Assembly: GCA_973895155.1 (NCBI GenBank)
Contig: OZ316892.1
Location: 3,227,223-3,291,222, forward strand
Reading direction: 5' to 3'
Source: Marsupella aquatica
Lineage: Eukaryota > Plantae > Marchantiophyta
Length of the DNA: 64,000 nucleotides
The notes beneath the pieces are model-generated. The model was not told where the DNA came from and searched no databases. It was given only the letters and a program-made list of their open reading frames with translations. Positions 61,254 to 64,000 of the stretch are shown one piece after another (position 1 is the first letter of the stretch; each line of letters starts with the position of its first letter). Both the position numbers and the translations under genes were made by a program.

Positions 61254-62474
61254 ATGGGGCAAGTAGCTAGCCGAGTTCAGGCTACCGTCATGAGTTGGTA
61301 CTCAGATCAGTTGAACTCTGAAACCTCGGTTTGCTCAGACTCTTCAGCGAACCCGGATCAGGTCTCTGAAATCCCTTTTTTCTTAGCTTCTTTGGTGAAC
61401 TTCGGAAAGCCTGCTCTCAGCAATCGCAGTGGCAGTGGGAGCAAGAACAGAGAAAATGGGACAGGAAAGCTGAATTCAGAAGAGGGAAACCATTCTGGAG
61501 ACTTGGGACCCGATGACTTTCAATTGCTGGCTTGTGTTGGGCAGGGTGGCTTTTCAAAAGTATACCAATGTAGAAAGAACGGAACAGAGGACATTTTTGC
61601 CATGAAAGTAATCATCAAGCATAAATTTAAGAAGATTGGCCATCTGATGGCAGAAAGAGACATCCTCACAAAGGTTGATCACCCTCTCATCATGAAACTC
61701 CATTATTCCTTTCAGACAAGCACCAAGTTATACCTATTATTTGACTTCATCAACGGTGGTGATCTGTCTTTCCATTTAAGCAGACAGCAGATGTTCAGTG
61801 AGGAACATGCCCGGATATGCATTGCAGAGCTTGTGTGTGCAGTGGCCCATCTTCACGAGATAGGCATCATCCATCGCGATTTGAAGCCTGATAATATCCT
61901 CCTTGACTCAGGTGGCCATGTGAAGCTCACTGACTTTGGCTTGGCTAAGGAAGTAGATGATTCAACCAAATCTAATACTTTCTGTGGCACCCCAGAATAT
62001 ATGGCCCCAGAAATAATCTTGGCCGATAGTGATGGGAAACCAGCTGACTGGTGGAGTGTAGGGATTCTCCTTTACGGGATGCTCACTGGGGAAACTCCTT
62101 TCTGTCAGCCGAGTCCAAATCGATTGTTGTTGCAGAGGAGTATTCTCAAATCAAAATTACAACTGCCTACATACTTGACGTCAGAGGCCATCTCACTGTT
62201 GAAAGGGCTTTGACAGAAGGATCCAAACAAACGATTGGGTAGTGGCCCACAAGGAGCTGATGAAATAAGGCTCCACACGTGGTTCAAGGAAATCAACTGG
62301 CGAAAGGCTGCGGCCCGGGGATTGCAGCCCAAGTTTCGACCCAGTGTGAAAGGAATTTACTGCATTGCAAACTTTGACGATTTGTCTACTGAGATACCGC
62401 TAGAAGTTTCTCTTGGATCGACTACAATAGTTGAAATATAACGTACAGTCACATACACCAGAGCCTTAGTATAG
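61254..62474 (+). pseudogene. S6K: Intronless ribosomal protein S6 kinase (AGC, ATPK/S6K-like) copy with in-frame stops
   Basis: The ORF has VGQGGFSKV, FAMK, HRDLKPDN, TDFGLAKE, SNTFCGTPEYMAPE and DWWSVG. After an in-frame TGA at 62211-62213, homology continues (QKDPNKRLGSGP..INWRK..CIANFD). A second stop TAA at 62439-62441 is followed by RTVTYTR, a hydrophobic-motif remnant. Confidence 0.85.
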
Positions 62475-64000
62475 GCTTAGGTGAAGGTGCTGTCTTTTCT
62501 ACGTATATACTAGCTATCTGGCAGTCATGGAGGTGTTACAGCATATGACTTTGCTCTAGACGAGACAGTACTTCTCACAGAGTATCTCTGTCGTCTTGGA
62601 GGGGCAAGACCTTGAAACTGGTCGATATGTTAGTTTGGTATGTAGATTCATAAAAACTTTGATGTCAAGAATTCAAATGGAGAAATCCTATTTAGGGATC
62701 CAATGAGTTCTTGATTAATCCTAAACAACATTGGACTTTCGAAGGAGAGTATGGAGAGTATTGATCACATTGTATATGGCTGTGTGAATATTCACCTGAC
62801 GTCCATGAATATCTGAATGCTAGGGACTCGATCAACTCTTATATAATATTATGCTAGGGTACCCGGGATAGGGACCTCGATAGGGATCACAAATGAAATA
62901 AATTAAAGTTGCACCATGTCTTCACTGCAGTACGGCTAGTTCTCGAAAAACCTCTCATGCCATCAATATCCTAGAAAATACCAGAAAACGACAAGTTCAG
63001 TTCTTTCAGTCATAATGCCCAGGCATCATAAATAATGCTCAAAATTGATTTTCCAACTCGTCCTGGACCATGCCATTTTTGCTTAGATATATTTGATTGG
63101 CAGGTAAGTAAATGAAATTTAAAGCTTGAATTTAGTTGGAAAATTAGTAAAATAACCCAGGGTCACTCTACAAATGTTGACATCATGTGCAAACTAAGTA
63201 AGGGATGTTTTATTCATGTTAGTGAAGTACTTAGAATTAGTGAGGAAGTAAGTAAGGGGGTAACAATTTAAAATGTGTCACTTGTCATCACATGATTCAT
63301 TGCTTGTCACATGTCAATAAATGATTCATCAGTTTTTGAGCTTCATATTGTTGGGGATAATCCCTATCCCGAGACACCATGCACATGTGAACACCATACA
63401 AAGTAATCGACATAACGAGTACATGGTTCACCTCATGACCGAGGCTACGTCCACGGCAAAGCAAGAGACCTTTACTTCTCTCTTGCCCAACTCCAACAAT
63501 GAATTGAAGATCCACCAGGGACTGGCACCAGCCCTGGCTATATACACAACAGCACTATCGCTAACCTTAGCTAAGTCCTAACCTGAGTTAGCCTAACTGT
63601 GGTTTGCTCAAGACCCTGGGCCCTTAGTGTTACTAATACAGGGAGGACGTGCGAACAATGCAAGGGTATTTTAATGTAATGCAAACTAATTTTTATAATA
63701 GTTTTTAAAGTAGGCAACATCCCTCTATATACATTCGCCACAATATTAGTAATAAGACTCTTATCAAATACATGTCACATAAATCTTATGCAAGGGTACC
63801 CAAAATGCCAAGTACACGCGTCACTATATGGTTGGCACACATGTCATCACTTCATTTGCACATGTGTCCATATAGTAAATCAAACATTTAATTATTTATC
63901 GTCTTAAGGCAAGTTTGGTTTCGTTGGTCCCCTTATGGTGGAACAAATGGGTTTGGGTAGACATGTTTACCCGCATGTTTAGGAGTTAACTGGGGAGTTG

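Noticed and set aside
62211-62213. In-frame TGA in S6K as selenocysteine
   Set aside because: The aligned residue is Leu, not Cys. Land plants lack the Sec machinery, and no SECIS is evident.

Overview
This is eukaryotic land-plant nuclear DNA, most likely from a bryophyte such as a liverwort. That assignment is inferred from the gene content and is not proven. Apparently intact genes are an F-box/kelch-type gene (-), an intronless chloroplast PPR gene of the LPE1 type (+), a secreted S-protein-homolog (SPH) gene (-), a three-exon COMMD2 gene with a GC-AG intron (-), an alpha-expansin (-) and tRNA-Ala(AGC). A second, divergent SPH-like gene (+) appears only after splicing. Pseudogenes are an intronless S6-kinase copy with two in-frame stops and a decayed short-chain dehydrogenase with fungal-type motifs, which is a horizontal-transfer candidate. 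Several mobile elements could be delimited by target-site duplications (TSDs). These are a 604-bp G-rich element with a terminal hairpin (8-bp TSD), a tRNA-like SINE (16-bp TSD), a 1992-bp solo LTR (5-bp TSD) and a non-autonomous Mutator-like element (10-bp TSD). The solo LTR splits an RLE-type non-LTR retrotransposon, and an L1 remnant lies next to it. There is no CRISPR array or prokaryotic system. All family assignments come from motif recognition by eye; no database searches were run.
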